A stretch of 64,000 nucleotides of DNA from Lentisphaeria bacterium (GTDB taxonomy: Bacteria; Verrucomicrobiota; Lentisphaeria; JABSQK01; JAWLHB01). Shown here piece by piece: positions 9,353 to 18,637 of the stretch. The notes beneath the pieces were generated by a model. It had not been told where the DNA came from and did no database searches. It was given only the letters and a program-made list of their open reading frames with translations. How positions within the stretch are numbered: the first letter of the stretch is position 1; each line of letters begins with the position of its first letter. The translations under genes and the position numbers were made by a program. The stretch spans positions 1 through 64,000 of the forward strand of contig JAWLHB010000024.1 in NCBI GenBank assembly GCA_041690595.1, read 5' to 3'.

Positions 9353-10312
9353 TTACTCGTGAAGATGATCCATGAATGCCAGCAGCCATTCCGGCTTGAA
9401 TGCGTAAGGGAGAATGCCCGTTCCCGCGATCGGTCGGTCGAAGAACGCCAGGTCTCGGCGGAAGCTCGCCGCCGCTTCATGTGCGCGCTTGCTTTCGAGC
9501 ACGACGGGGCTGACGTTGCGCCGCACCCGCATGCCAGCCTGATCGCCGAGCGCGGCGTGGAAAGCAGCGGCATCCGACGCATAGTCACAGAGCAGAATGG
9601 TGGCGCCGCTCCCCTTCAATGCGGCGGCAATGGGCGATGTGTCGCCCCCAATGACCAGTTCCCGCTCCTCCTGCCCAGAATCACGCAGCAGGTTCATCAG
9701 CCTCCGATGCAGGGGCAGGACAACCTGCCGGTACATGCGGGGGCTGAACATGGGAGGCGCTGCCATGCTGTCGAAGAGAATCGCCTCCTGTCCATGGTCT
9801 CGCAGGCAGGAGAGCCATCGCTCCGCCAGTTCAGTGGCAAAATCGAGAAGGCGAAGCGCATTGCCGTCGTCCGAGCATAGCGAGAGGATGAGCGGCTCCA
9901 GACCAACCAGCTTTGCCGCCAGCGTGACAGGCCCCGACGCCGCCACGCGCACCCGCGTCTCCTCCCCAATTGCGTCACGCACTGCCTGACCTGCCGCGAG
10001 CAGCATGGCAAAGCGCCCCGAGCGCGGAATCGCCGGCAACGCCAGACGGTCAGGCAGCGCATTCAGGTCGTACAACCGCCCGGCGATATCCGGGCAATCC
10101 TCCTCCCCGGGGATTATCACCTTGGCCCCAAGCGCCTCAGCCTCGACGGCATAGACGTCCAGCCCAACGGTCAGGTAATCCGCGTGGTAGGTCTTGAACT
10201 CTTCCAGCACCGCCGCGGCAAGAAGCTCCGCCGAACGGGCAACCTCGGCTGGATAGCGCCCGATCAGCTTTGCCTTGTGCTCATAGATTGCCGGCTCCCA
10301 CAAAACAGGCAT
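9353..10312 (-). CDS. Uroporphyrinogen decarboxylase (UROD/MtaA-like) family protein
   Basis: GLDVYAVEAEALGAKV, GPVTLAAKLVG, FDSMAAPPMFSPRMYRQVVLP. Confidence 0.82.
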   Translation of the reverse strand: MPVLWEPAIYEHKAKLIGRYPAEVARSAELLAAAVLEEFKTYHADYLTVGLDVYAVEAEALGAKVIIPGEEDCPDIAGRLYDLNALPDRLALPAIPRSGRFAMLLAAGQAVRDAIGEETRVRVAASGPVTLAAKLVGLEPLILSLCSDDGNALRLLDFATELAERWLSCLRDHGQEAILFDSMAAPPMFSPRMYRQVVLPLHRRLMNLLRDSGQEERELVIGGDTSPIAAALKGSGATILLCDYASDAAAFHAALGDQAGMRVRRNVSPVVLESKRAHEAAASFRRDLAFFDRPIAGTGILPYAFKPEWLLAFMDHLHE

Positions 10313-10313
10313 G

Positions 10314-12896
10314 TCAAGGTTCTTCCCTGTTTGTGTAATGGAGGGAGATGACATCGACGTCACCGAGATCCAGCGTGACGATGCAGTGATCCGTCTGGCG
10401 GTCGACCTGAATCGCTGTCCCAGCCGCCGACGTCACCTCGCCAATGGCGCGATCAACCGGGACAGTGAGCCGGACCTCCTCCTGATCGTCGCCCGACCAA
10501 TTGAGCAACGTCACCGCGATACCCCGCTCACTGATGAGAACAGGCGCTTCTATCATGGGACGATCCACCAGCACGGGCATTGTTACGGCTGCTTCCTTCG
10601 CCACGACACCCAGATGATCGCGCACAGCCGGCGAAAAGCCGGTCGGCAAGGCGCCATCGCCTTCACTTACGCCGCTCAGCAGATAGCTGGTGCCTGGATA
10701 GAAGGCATAGCGCACGATTCGTCCCTGCCCATGGGCGCTTTCAAGAATCGCGGGCTGGCCATCCTCGAATCGAGCCGTGACGTTCGCCTCCGCGGTGACA
10801 TCAAGGCTCTCCCGAGGGCCGCGAAGCTCGAAACTCTTCCCTTCCAGCATCAACTGCCCGCTGGTGGCAACCTGCTTTGGATCGGCGGGATAGACTTGGC
10901 GGTCGAGGGTTGACTTACGGATACCGAGGATCGCATCGAGTTGTGACGTCGGTTGATTGTAACGATCGTGAGCGCCCGCACCCGCGGTAAGCAGCAGAGT
11001 GCCACCACTCTCGACCCAGCGAAGCATGCCTTCGCGAGACTCATCCGGCAGGTCGGGCGCGGTGACCAGCAGCAATCTGGTGACGGCGAGGCTGCCATCA
11101 TGCAGACCGAGTTCATCGACCATGTCCACGGGGATGGCCTGATGCTGAAAGGCGGTATAGAGGCCAAAGGTCTCCGTCATGTAGGGCATGTGCCGGCGGA
11201 CAAGATTCGTATTGGTGACATCGAGCAGCCCCTTCGCGATCTCCTGCTCCTGCAGATCCCAGAGCTGCGAACTCTGTGGCGTCAGGATCGCGGTCCGCGG
11301 CACGGGCGCTACACCTGGAAAGAGCAGCGCTTCGCTTCGTGCCACCAGTTGCATGCTCCGGCTCAACGGCACGAAGACATCCCGCACTTCGCTGTAGCAG
11401 TTGCCGGGAAAATTGTACTCGGGCCCAAAGGTGAAGAACTTGATGCTCTTGGCGCCATTGCCGACGAGCGAAAGGATCTTCTGGGGCATTCCGCCAGGGC
11501 GTTGCCCGGAGGTGCGGGGAATTACCAGCGCGCCGAACTGCTCATTGTGGAAGCGTGCCGCCGCACGAAGGCGAGCGGCATAGAAGGACCATTGCCCGGC
11601 CTGTGCGTCGCCGAACCAGTCTTCCGTGGCAATGCACGTCGAGCCACGCTCGCGACCGAACTCCAGCCAGTCATGCTGCCCCATGGCCGCATTGGGAGAT
11701 TCCTTGTCGCGGTTGTTGCCGACTGGCCCCGCCTGGTAAAGCCGACCCAGAAAGTTGTTGAAGTTGACCATGATCGGGATGCCGTCGCCCATCTCGGCCT
11801 CGTATGCACGCGTAACCTCGGCAAAGAAGCGGGAGGAGGCCCAGGGAAAGAAGCGGTTGGACCAGTAGAAGAGCCGGCGCCCCGGCAGGTCGTCATGATC
11901 ATTGCGACCGATGAAACGCACCGCCTCCCAGCTCTCCGCGCCCAGATCTTGCGGCGACAGCCCCTGAGCCCGCAGGTAACCATGGAAGGCCGCCAGAGCA
12001 AGGGGATCGGCATTGAACTCCTCATACTTGGCGGGGTAGTACCAGCCCGGTTCATCACTGGTCACCCAGAAGGCAATGTCCTCACGAGTCCAGCCTGCCT
12101 TGTAGGCGCCTTCGGCCATCTTCCTGGCGAAGTCGGCGAAAATCTGTGGACGATCTTCGGCAAAGTTGAACGCATACCCGGGAGGATTGTAGACCGCACC
12201 CCACACCTTGGCTACGCCCCCCTTCCGCACCGTCTCGACCACGGGCTCAGGCAACGGGTGCATGGCGTTGAAGCCCATCGAAACGAGACGATCAACGCCT
12301 TCGTTCCAGGCGATCAGATCCGTGTCGCCCCCAATGTAGCGCTCGCCGAAAAAGATCTGCTTCGGCCGCTCTTCCGGCGGCAGAACCGCGGCCCTGAGCG
12401 CGTCGCTGTAGACACGCCGCCCGTGCCCCGCCAATGTGTCGATGTGGAGGCCGCCCGCGTCATCCTTCCAGAGCATGAGACCGACAGTATTTCCCCAGAT
12501 CAACGCCGGCGTCTTCTGCCCCTCATGGTTCGCGATGGCGGATTCGACCTCCAACCCCAGTGCGCTGCCCGGGTTCTTACCACGCAGGGTAACAAGGGTG
12601 CGCATCTGCCAATAGCGATTGTTCTTGTTCGGGTACCGATCCAGCTCCTTCGCCACCAGGTCGGGTGAAGAGCTCAGCCAGTCGCTCCATTGGTCGCCGA
12701 CAGTGGTGACCTGTTCGGCGGCGGTTCCCATTTGCCAGGTGAGCGAAAGCGTCTCCGCCGGCACTTCGCCATCAACGGTCGTCACGCGCAGACGCACCCG
12801 GTGCGCGGGAACCTCCTCGATCGGCGGAAACGCGGTAGCCGAAAGCGTGCAGGTTGCCAGCGCCAGCGCGGTCAGCAGGAAACGGGTCGTCGTCAT
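10314..12896 (-). CDS. Secreted GH42/beta-galactosidase-like protein with trimerisation domain
   Basis: Signal peptide, TSDEPG acid/base-like motif, class-I GAT-like trimerisation segment (WVESGGTLL...DRYNQ) and ARFEDGQPAILESAHGQGR. Confidence 0.7.
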   Translation of the reverse strand: MTTTRFLLTALALATCTLSATAFPPIEEVPAHRVRLRVTTVDGEVPAETLSLTWQMGTAAEQVTTVGDQWSDWLSSSPDLVAKELDRYPNKNNRYWQMRTLVTLRGKNPGSALGLEVESAIANHEGQKTPALIWGNTVGLMLWKDDAGGLHIDTLAGHGRRVYSDALRAAVLPPEERPKQIFFGERYIGGDTDLIAWNEGVDRLVSMGFNAMHPLPEPVVETVRKGGVAKVWGAVYNPPGYAFNFAEDRPQIFADFARKMAEGAYKAGWTREDIAFWVTSDEPGWYYPAKYEEFNADPLALAAFHGYLRAQGLSPQDLGAESWEAVRFIGRNDHDDLPGRRLFYWSNRFFPWASSRFFAEVTRAYEAEMGDGIPIMVNFNNFLGRLYQAGPVGNNRDKESPNAAMGQHDWLEFGRERGSTCIATEDWFGDAQAGQWSFYAARLRAAARFHNEQFGALVIPRTSGQRPGGMPQKILSLVGNGAKSIKFFTFGPEYNFPGNCYSEVRDVFVPLSRSMQLVARSEALLFPGVAPVPRTAILTPQSSQLWDLQEQEIAKGLLDVTNTNLVRRHMPYMTETFGLYTAFQHQAIPVDMVDELGLHDGSLAVTRLLLVTAPDLPDESREGMLRWVESGGTLLLTAGAGAHDRYNQPTSQLDAILGIRKSTLDRQVYPADPKQVATSGQLMLEGKSFELRGPRESLDVTAEANVTARFEDGQPAILESAHGQGRIVRYAFYPGTSYLLSGVSEGDGALPTGFSPAVRDHLGVVAKEAAVTMPVLVDRPMIEAPVLISERGIAVTLLNWSGDDQEEVRLTVPVDRAIGEVTSAAGTAIQVDRQTDHCIVTLDLGDVDVISLHYTNREEP

Positions 12897-13000
12897 GTGG
12901 TAATCTCCTGTCGGGAGTGAAGTTGGTGAGCTCTGCGTCATACACTATGAAACAATTCTGAATGATGCGCCAGAGCTGGCGGTAAGATGTGCGGAATATG

Positions 13001-13900
13001 TCATGTCTGGCGTTCAGCATATCCGGCTGGCGAGGTACCAAATGCCTGGCGGAAGCAGCGGGCAAAGTAGCTGGCATCCGCAAAGCCGACAGCCGCGGCG
13101 ACTTCACCGATGGTCATGGGTGTCGAGGTCAGTAGCCGTTGTGCATGACGCAGGCGCACCTGCCCCAGATAGCGGGTGGGCGTCTGCCCCATCAGCTCTC
13201 GGAAGACCGTGCAGAAATGGCTGGGCGTCAACTTGGCGATGGCGGTGAAATCGTCGTAATTGAGCGGCTCGGCATAGCGCGTATCGATCAGGTGCTTGAC
13301 CGCAAAAACGGCGCGATCGGCGCGGGTCGCACGTGGAGGCGAGGGCGACGCATCCACCGGCAGCAACCGCTTGAGGATGGGCCATAGCAGCAGCTCGCCG
13401 AGCGGATCTCCGGTGCGCAGTCGCTCCAGAGCCAGTTCGATCACCTCGATCAAACCGGGACATGCTCCGCTCGCGGCCACCAGAGGCAGATGAGGCGCAA
13501 TGTCGCCGGGCACTTCGTGCACGAGGTGCTTGTGGAAGCTCTCGCCGGTGAAGCACATCAGCGGCGCGCGGCGCGCGATGCTGGCGCGGTCCCAGTCGAA
13601 GTGGATGCAATGACGCATGGCGGTACACTCGCTCACGCCCCAGCTCTCGTGCCGGCAGGCTGGCGGAACGATGGCAACCGCCCCACCCTCCAGCCGCTGC
13701 TCCCTACCCGCCACCGACAGCACGAAGGCGCCCGCCGATATGTAGATCAGCTCGCAGTCGTACAACCGCCGTTCCGCTTCGTGCCACGATGCATCGGAGA
13801 GCCCCTCCCAGAAGTAACGAAGAACCGGCTCCATCGCAAAATCCTGCTGAAGTTCGAAAGATCCTCGCCTTGCCGTGCCTGTAATCTTCGGTCTATTCAT
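13001..13900 (-). CDS. AraC family transcriptional regulator
   Basis: RRLYDCELIYI cupin; IGEVAAAVGFADASYFARCFRQAFGTSP HTH. Confidence 0.92.
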   Translation of the reverse strand: MNRPKITGTARRGSFELQQDFAMEPVLRYFWEGLSDASWHEAERRLYDCELIYISAGAFVLSVAGREQRLEGGAVAIVPPACRHESWGVSECTAMRHCIHFDWDRASIARRAPLMCFTGESFHKHLVHEVPGDIAPHLPLVAASGACPGLIEVIELALERLRTGDPLGELLLWPILKRLLPVDASPSPPRATRADRAVFAVKHLIDTRYAEPLNYDDFTAIAKLTPSHFCTVFRELMGQTPTRYLGQVRLRHAQRLLTSTPMTIGEVAAAVGFADASYFARCFRQAFGTSPAGYAERQT

Positions 13901-13943
13901 GGTGTAGTCAAGAACTCAATCGCAAAATGACACCCAATCGGAG

Positions 13944-14948
13944 ATGGCATCCATGGATTACGTACAGTTGGGCAGAACGGATCTGAAGGTAAGCAGGCTG
14001 GCACTTGGCGGATTGTTTGTCTCGTCGGTGGGTGGCGAGTATGAGCAGGGACGCGCCGCCATTCATCGCGCGCTGGAACTGGGTGTCAACTTCATCGATA
14101 CCGCTCCAGGCTACGCAAACAGCGAAGAAGTCATCGGCAAGGCTTTGGCGGATGTCGAAGCACCCGTGATTCTCTCGACCAAGTTGGGCGGCTTTCCAAA
14201 GCCCTTCCAACCTCAGGACCGGGATTCTCTGCGCGCTTCCGTAGAGCAGAGCCTTCGCCTGCTCGGGCGCGACCAGATCGACATGCTCCTCATCCATGAG
14301 CCCGACCGCCCCAAGCAGTACGCATGGTGGACGGATTGGGAAGGGGTCGCCGGTCCCGTCCTCGATGTTTTCGACGAGCTGAAAGCCGCGGGTACAATCC
14401 GCTACACCGGTCTCGGCGGCACCACGGCTTACGAGATGCGCCACCTCATCCGCAGCGGCAAGTTCGATGTGCTGCTCACGGCCCTCAATTACAGCATCCT
14501 GTGGCGAGAAGCAGAGCGCGAAGTCATACCGGCCGCCGTCGAGCAGGGGATGGGCATCATTATCGGTTCGCCATTGCAGCAGGGCGCCCTTTCGGCGCGC
14601 TTCGACCGCACGGTGACAGCGCCGCCGCCATGGCTCTCCTCCATCCGCTCCGAGCAGTTCCGCCTGCTCTACAAGGTGCTGGACGACATCGATATGTCGC
14701 TGCCCGAGCTGGCCATCCGCTTTGTCCTATCCAATCCCGCGGTCCACACCGTCCTCATGGGCGCCCGTTCTGTTGAGGAGGTCGAGCAGAATGTCGCCGC
14801 CACCAATCGCGGAGCGCTGCCGACGGAAATCCAGAAGCGACTGGACACCATCGCCGCCATGGTTCCCTTCCGTCCGTACGAGGAGCCTTTTGCCATCGGC
14901 TGGCACATGGCCGATCCAAGCTCCTATCAAGGCCCAGGCTGGGCGTAG
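13944..14948 (+). CDS. Aldo/keto reductase
   Basis: LGRTDLKVSRLALG, GVNFIDTAPGY, LSTK, SLRLLGRDQIDMLLIHEPD. Confidence 0.95.
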   Translation: MASMDYVQLGRTDLKVSRLALGGLFVSSVGGEYEQGRAAIHRALELGVNFIDTAPGYANSEEVIGKALADVEAPVILSTKLGGFPKPFQPQDRDSLRASVEQSLRLLGRDQIDMLLIHEPDRPKQYAWWTDWEGVAGPVLDVFDELKAAGTIRYTGLGGTTAYEMRHLIRSGKFDVLLTALNYSILWREAEREVIPAAVEQGMGIIIGSPLQQGALSARFDRTVTAPPPWLSSIRSEQFRLLYKVLDDIDMSLPELAIRFVLSNPAVHTVLMGARSVEEVEQNVAATNRGALPTEIQKRLDTIAAMVPFRPYEEPFAIGWHMADPSSYQGPGWA

Positions 14949-14957
14949 GAGAGCATC

Positions 14958-15983
14958 ATGAAAGCAGCCATCATCAAAGCCTTAGATCACCTCTCGGTGC
15001 TCGACATGCCGGATCCCGTACCGGGCGACTACGACGCGCTCTGCGATCTTCTCTACGGTGCAACCTGCACGGGCACCGACTCCCACATCCTCAGCGGCAA
15101 CTTTCCGTGGATCTCGCCCCTGCCCACTGTGCTTGGCCACGAGTCCGTCGGCCGCGTGATCGACGTGGGCGCCAAGGTGCGTCATCTGCGGGTGGGTGAT
15201 CTTGTCACGCGGGTCGGCACGCCACCGGCGGGGGAGATCTCCGTCACCTGGGGAGGCTTTGCCCAACTGGGGATTGCCAGAGACCACTGGGCCATGCGCG
15301 CCGATGGTCTGCCGGAGAGCGAATGGCGCGCCTGGCAGGTGAACCAGATCGTGCCCGCGGGTATCGATCCGAAAGTAGCGCCCATGTTCACTACCTGGCG
15401 CGAAACGCTCTCCTACATTCAGCGCCTGGACATCGTCATTCCAGGCGCCAGAGTGCTGATCGTCGGTTCCGGCGGCAATGGCCTTTCATTTGCCGCACAC
15501 GCCGCCAATCTGGGGGCGAAGGTTACGGTAATCGGCGCTCCGCGACTGCGGGAGGCTGTCCTCGCGAAGACGGGCACAGCTGTATACCACAGCTACAAGG
15601 AAGAGCAACTCGACCAACTCCTGTCGAGCCAGGAACCCGGCGGATTCGACCTTATTATCGATGCCATCGGAAAGCGTGACAGCGCCCAGGCGGTACTCCC
15701 CTGCCTGAAAGATGGCGGTCATCTCGCCGTTTACGGCATTGATGATTATGGTTTGGTCGCGCTCAATCCCACCGTCGCCCGCGGCGCCTTTACCTGGCAT
15801 GGCGGCGGCAACTACAACGAGGCGGAGACGCACCAGCAGGTATGCGATCTGGTCCGCGATGGCAGGCTCGACGCTACGCTCTGGTATGATCCCGCCAGCC
15901 CCTGGCCCCTGGCGGAGATAGCTGAGGCCTTCCGCGCCATTCAACGCCGCGACTCCGTCAAGGCGCTGATCGATCTGAGCTGA
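14958..15983 (+). CDS. Zinc-binding (MDR) alcohol dehydrogenase family protein
   Basis: CTGTD..H, LGHESVG, IVGSGGNG; lacks the structural four-Cys zinc lobe. Confidence 0.88.
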   Translation: MKAAIIKALDHLSVLDMPDPVPGDYDALCDLLYGATCTGTDSHILSGNFPWISPLPTVLGHESVGRVIDVGAKVRHLRVGDLVTRVGTPPAGEISVTWGGFAQLGIARDHWAMRADGLPESEWRAWQVNQIVPAGIDPKVAPMFTTWRETLSYIQRLDIVIPGARVLIVGSGGNGLSFAAHAANLGAKVTVIGAPRLREAVLAKTGTAVYHSYKEEQLDQLLSSQEPGGFDLIIDAIGKRDSAQAVLPCLKDGGHLAVYGIDDYGLVALNPTVARGAFTWHGGGNYNEAETHQQVCDLVRDGRLDATLWYDPASPWPLAEIAEAFRAIQRRDSVKALIDLS

Positions 15984-16130
15984 CAGCACTCTGCTGGAAT
16001 TTGCGTTGCTCTATAGATGATTATTAGTGTAACTGGAGAACCTTCAACCGGCAACAATGGAGAATAAAACGCCGCGTCAGCTTCCAGTTTACTTGCGATA
16101 AGTGTTCGTTTACAGAGCAGGAGCAATTCG

Positions 16131-17555
16131 ATGAAACCTAGCGTCAGTCGCCTCAGTATCGTCTCTACCGCCATTGTCTGCATCGTGGGTATTGCCTTTC
16201 TTTATGCCCAGGAAAACCAGCCGGATCAGCCGCAAGTGGCCGCCGACAGCACCTATATGCCGGTGAAAATCGACGCCACCTTCGAGCAGATCCGGGAGAA
16301 GGATGTAGCCGAAGAACCAATCTTCCAGAAACGTCAGCAGGACTTGTATGCGCTGCGCTACAACCTGGCCGACGATCCTTCCAGCGTGATGATGTCGGCC
16401 GGTCGAAAGCCGGTTCAACAAGGGGTGCGCGTGAAACTTCCACAAGGCGTCGCCACTTGGCAGGCTCTGGCCGCCATGACGCCGGAGGAAATCAAAGAGA
16501 GAAATCTCTTCCCCCTCGGATTCCGGCCGCTACCGCACACCAAGCACACAACTGGAGGACAGGTCTTTCCCGACGTTCAGATCGATGCCATCATGGAAGC
16601 GGAGCACCGCGACCTGGAGCGTTTCGACGTCAAATTCGACCTGCCGGATCACCTGACGCCGGAATTCCCGCCGCCGATATTCCTGACCACGCGCCCCGAT
16701 CTTGGCGATGTGAGTCAGGGGCAACTGCTCACCATCAAGAACTATTACCAGCTCTTCAAGGGAATTCTCACGCCGGTGCAGATGGAAGGGATGCGACTCC
16801 TCTTGACGCCCTTCCCGCAGCAGCAGTTCAACCAGACCGAAGACCGCAAGGTTGCGGAAGCGAGTCTTGGCGTCACCTGCATGGATTGCCACGCCAATGG
16901 CCACACGAACGCCACCTTCCACCTGAACCCCGATACCCGCCCCCAGCGCGCCCGCTTTCGCCTCGATACCGTCTCGTTGCGCGGCATGTACAATCAGCAG
17001 ATTCACGGGAGCAAGCGATCGATTCGTTCCATCGAGGACTTTACGGAGTTCGAACAGCGAACCGCTTACTTCGACGGTGACCATGTCATCGCGGCTAAGA
17101 AAGGGGTCAACCTTCCCGATCGTGCCAGCCAGGTGGCCATGATGGCGCAGATGCAGAACATCTTCGACTTCCCACCGGCCCCCAAGCTGGATCCCGGTAC
17201 CGGCATGCTCGATCCCGAGAAGGCCACCGACGTTGAACTGCTCGGGCAGAGCGTCTTCTTCGGCAGGGGCAAGTGCGCCGACTGCCATACGCCGCCGGCC
17301 TATCTCGATCATCAGATGCATGATCTGCGGATCGGACGATTCTATGAAAGCGAAATCATTGCCGACCAGCTCAACATCCCGGATGGGCCGATCAAGACCT
17401 TTACCCTGCGGGGCATCAAGGACAGCCCACCCTATCACCACGATGGGCGACTGCTGACACTGGAAGACACCGTTGAATTCTTCAACATAGTACTGCGCAC
17501 GCAGCTCACGGAAGAAGAGAAAGCGGCACTGGTGGCGTTCATGCGCTGCCTTTGA
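16131..17555 (+). CDS. Periplasmic di-heme cytochrome c, peroxidase/MauG superfamily
   Basis: Signal peptide; CMDCH and CADCH heme motifs; KTFTLRGIKDSPPYHHDG resembles the bCcP K.PTLR...PY.HDG motif. Confidence 0.85.
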   Translation: MKPSVSRLSIVSTAIVCIVGIAFLYAQENQPDQPQVAADSTYMPVKIDATFEQIREKDVAEEPIFQKRQQDLYALRYNLADDPSSVMMSAGRKPVQQGVRVKLPQGVATWQALAAMTPEEIKERNLFPLGFRPLPHTKHTTGGQVFPDVQIDAIMEAEHRDLERFDVKFDLPDHLTPEFPPPIFLTTRPDLGDVSQGQLLTIKNYYQLFKGILTPVQMEGMRLLLTPFPQQQFNQTEDRKVAEASLGVTCMDCHANGHTNATFHLNPDTRPQRARFRLDTVSLRGMYNQQIHGSKRSIRSIEDFTEFEQRTAYFDGDHVIAAKKGVNLPDRASQVAMMAQMQNIFDFPPAPKLDPGTGMLDPEKATDVELLGQSVFFGRGKCADCHTPPAYLDHQMHDLRIGRFYESEIIADQLNIPDGPIKTFTLRGIKDSPPYHHDGRLLTLEDTVEFFNIVLRTQLTEEEKAALVAFMRCL

Positions 17556-17565
17556 GCCGTCCACA

Positions 17566-17607
17566 CGCAAACCGGCGACAGTCGCCGCGGATTGACGCCG
17601 GTTTGCG
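17566..17607. other. Intergenic stem-loop
   Basis: CGCAAACCGGCG (17566-17577) pairs with CGCCGGTTTGCG (17596-17607); no U-tract. Confidence 0.5.
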
Positions 17608-17623
17608 GTAAAGCGAGGACGCA

Positions 17624-18637
17624 ATGCGAACGTTTCGGGTCTGGGCAATATGGATTGGCATGACGGCGGCGATTCTGGTCAGGGCGGAATGGCAGGCTCA
17701 TGATCGCGAGGGTGCCTTCACGGTGCGAACGATCGAGGAGAACTGGCACGATGCCACGCGCCAGCGCGAGGTCCCCGTCAAGATCTACTATCCAACAGAA
17801 CTCACGCACGCCGCGCCCGTCATCCTCTTCTCCCACGGACTCGGCGGCACTCGCGATGGCTACAGCTATCTGGGCACCTTCTGGGCGAGCCATGGTTACG
17901 TATCCGTTCATCTGCAGCACCTTGGCAGCGACGACAGCGTGTGGCGTGACAGCAGCCAGCCGCTGCGGGCGATGCGTCAAGTCGCCAGCCAATGGCAGCC
18001 GGCCTACCAGCGAATAGTCGACGTGCGTTTCGCCATCGATACGCTCACGCTGCTCAACGGCGCCGAGGACCATGCACTCGCGGGCAGGCTCGACCTCGAG
18101 CGGATCGGGATGGCGGGCCACTCGTTTGGATCACATACCACCTTGGCCATCGCGGGTCTGCAGTCCAAGCTCCCCGGCCGACAAGGCCTATCATTGAGCG
18201 ATGCACGTGTCCGGGCGGCGATTGCCATGAGCGCCCCAGTTTCCCGGAAAGCCGAAGAAGACCGGCGCGAGGAGTATGCCGCCATCCGCATCCCCGTCAT
18301 GCACATGACCGGCACCCACGATGTTTCCCCCATCAACAGCACTACGGCCGCGGAACGGCGGATTCCTTTTGACCTCAGCGTCAATGCCGAACGCTATCTG
18401 ATAACGTTGACCGGCGGCGATCATATGGTCTTCTCCGGCCCCGAGCGCTCCCGTCTCGGGGCAGCTCGACCGGACATGGCGCATCTGGACTTGATCCGCC
18501 GGGCCTCGCTCGCCTTCTGGGATGCCTATCTGCGGGGGGACGATGACGCGGTGCGCTGGCTGCACGCGGGCGGACTTGTTACGTCGGCCGGCGATGCCGC
18601 GCTCTGCGAGCATGAAGCCGGCGCCAGGCAGCCGTGA
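17624..18637 (+). CDS. Secreted alpha/beta hydrolase (dienelactone hydrolase/PAF-AH-like)
   Basis: ILFSHGLGG, nucleophile GHSFG, MTGTHD, GGDHMVFSG. Confidence 0.9.
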   Translation: MRTFRVWAIWIGMTAAILVRAEWQAHDREGAFTVRTIEENWHDATRQREVPVKIYYPTELTHAAPVILFSHGLGGTRDGYSYLGTFWASHGYVSVHLQHLGSDDSVWRDSSQPLRAMRQVASQWQPAYQRIVDVRFAIDTLTLLNGAEDHALAGRLDLERIGMAGHSFGSHTTLAIAGLQSKLPGRQGLSLSDARVRAAIAMSAPVSRKAEEDRREEYAAIRIPVMHMTGTHDVSPINSTTAAERRIPFDLSVNAERYLITLTGGDHMVFSGPERSRLGAARPDMAHLDLIRRASLAFWDAYLRGDDDAVRWLHAGGLVTSAGDAALCEHEAGARQP

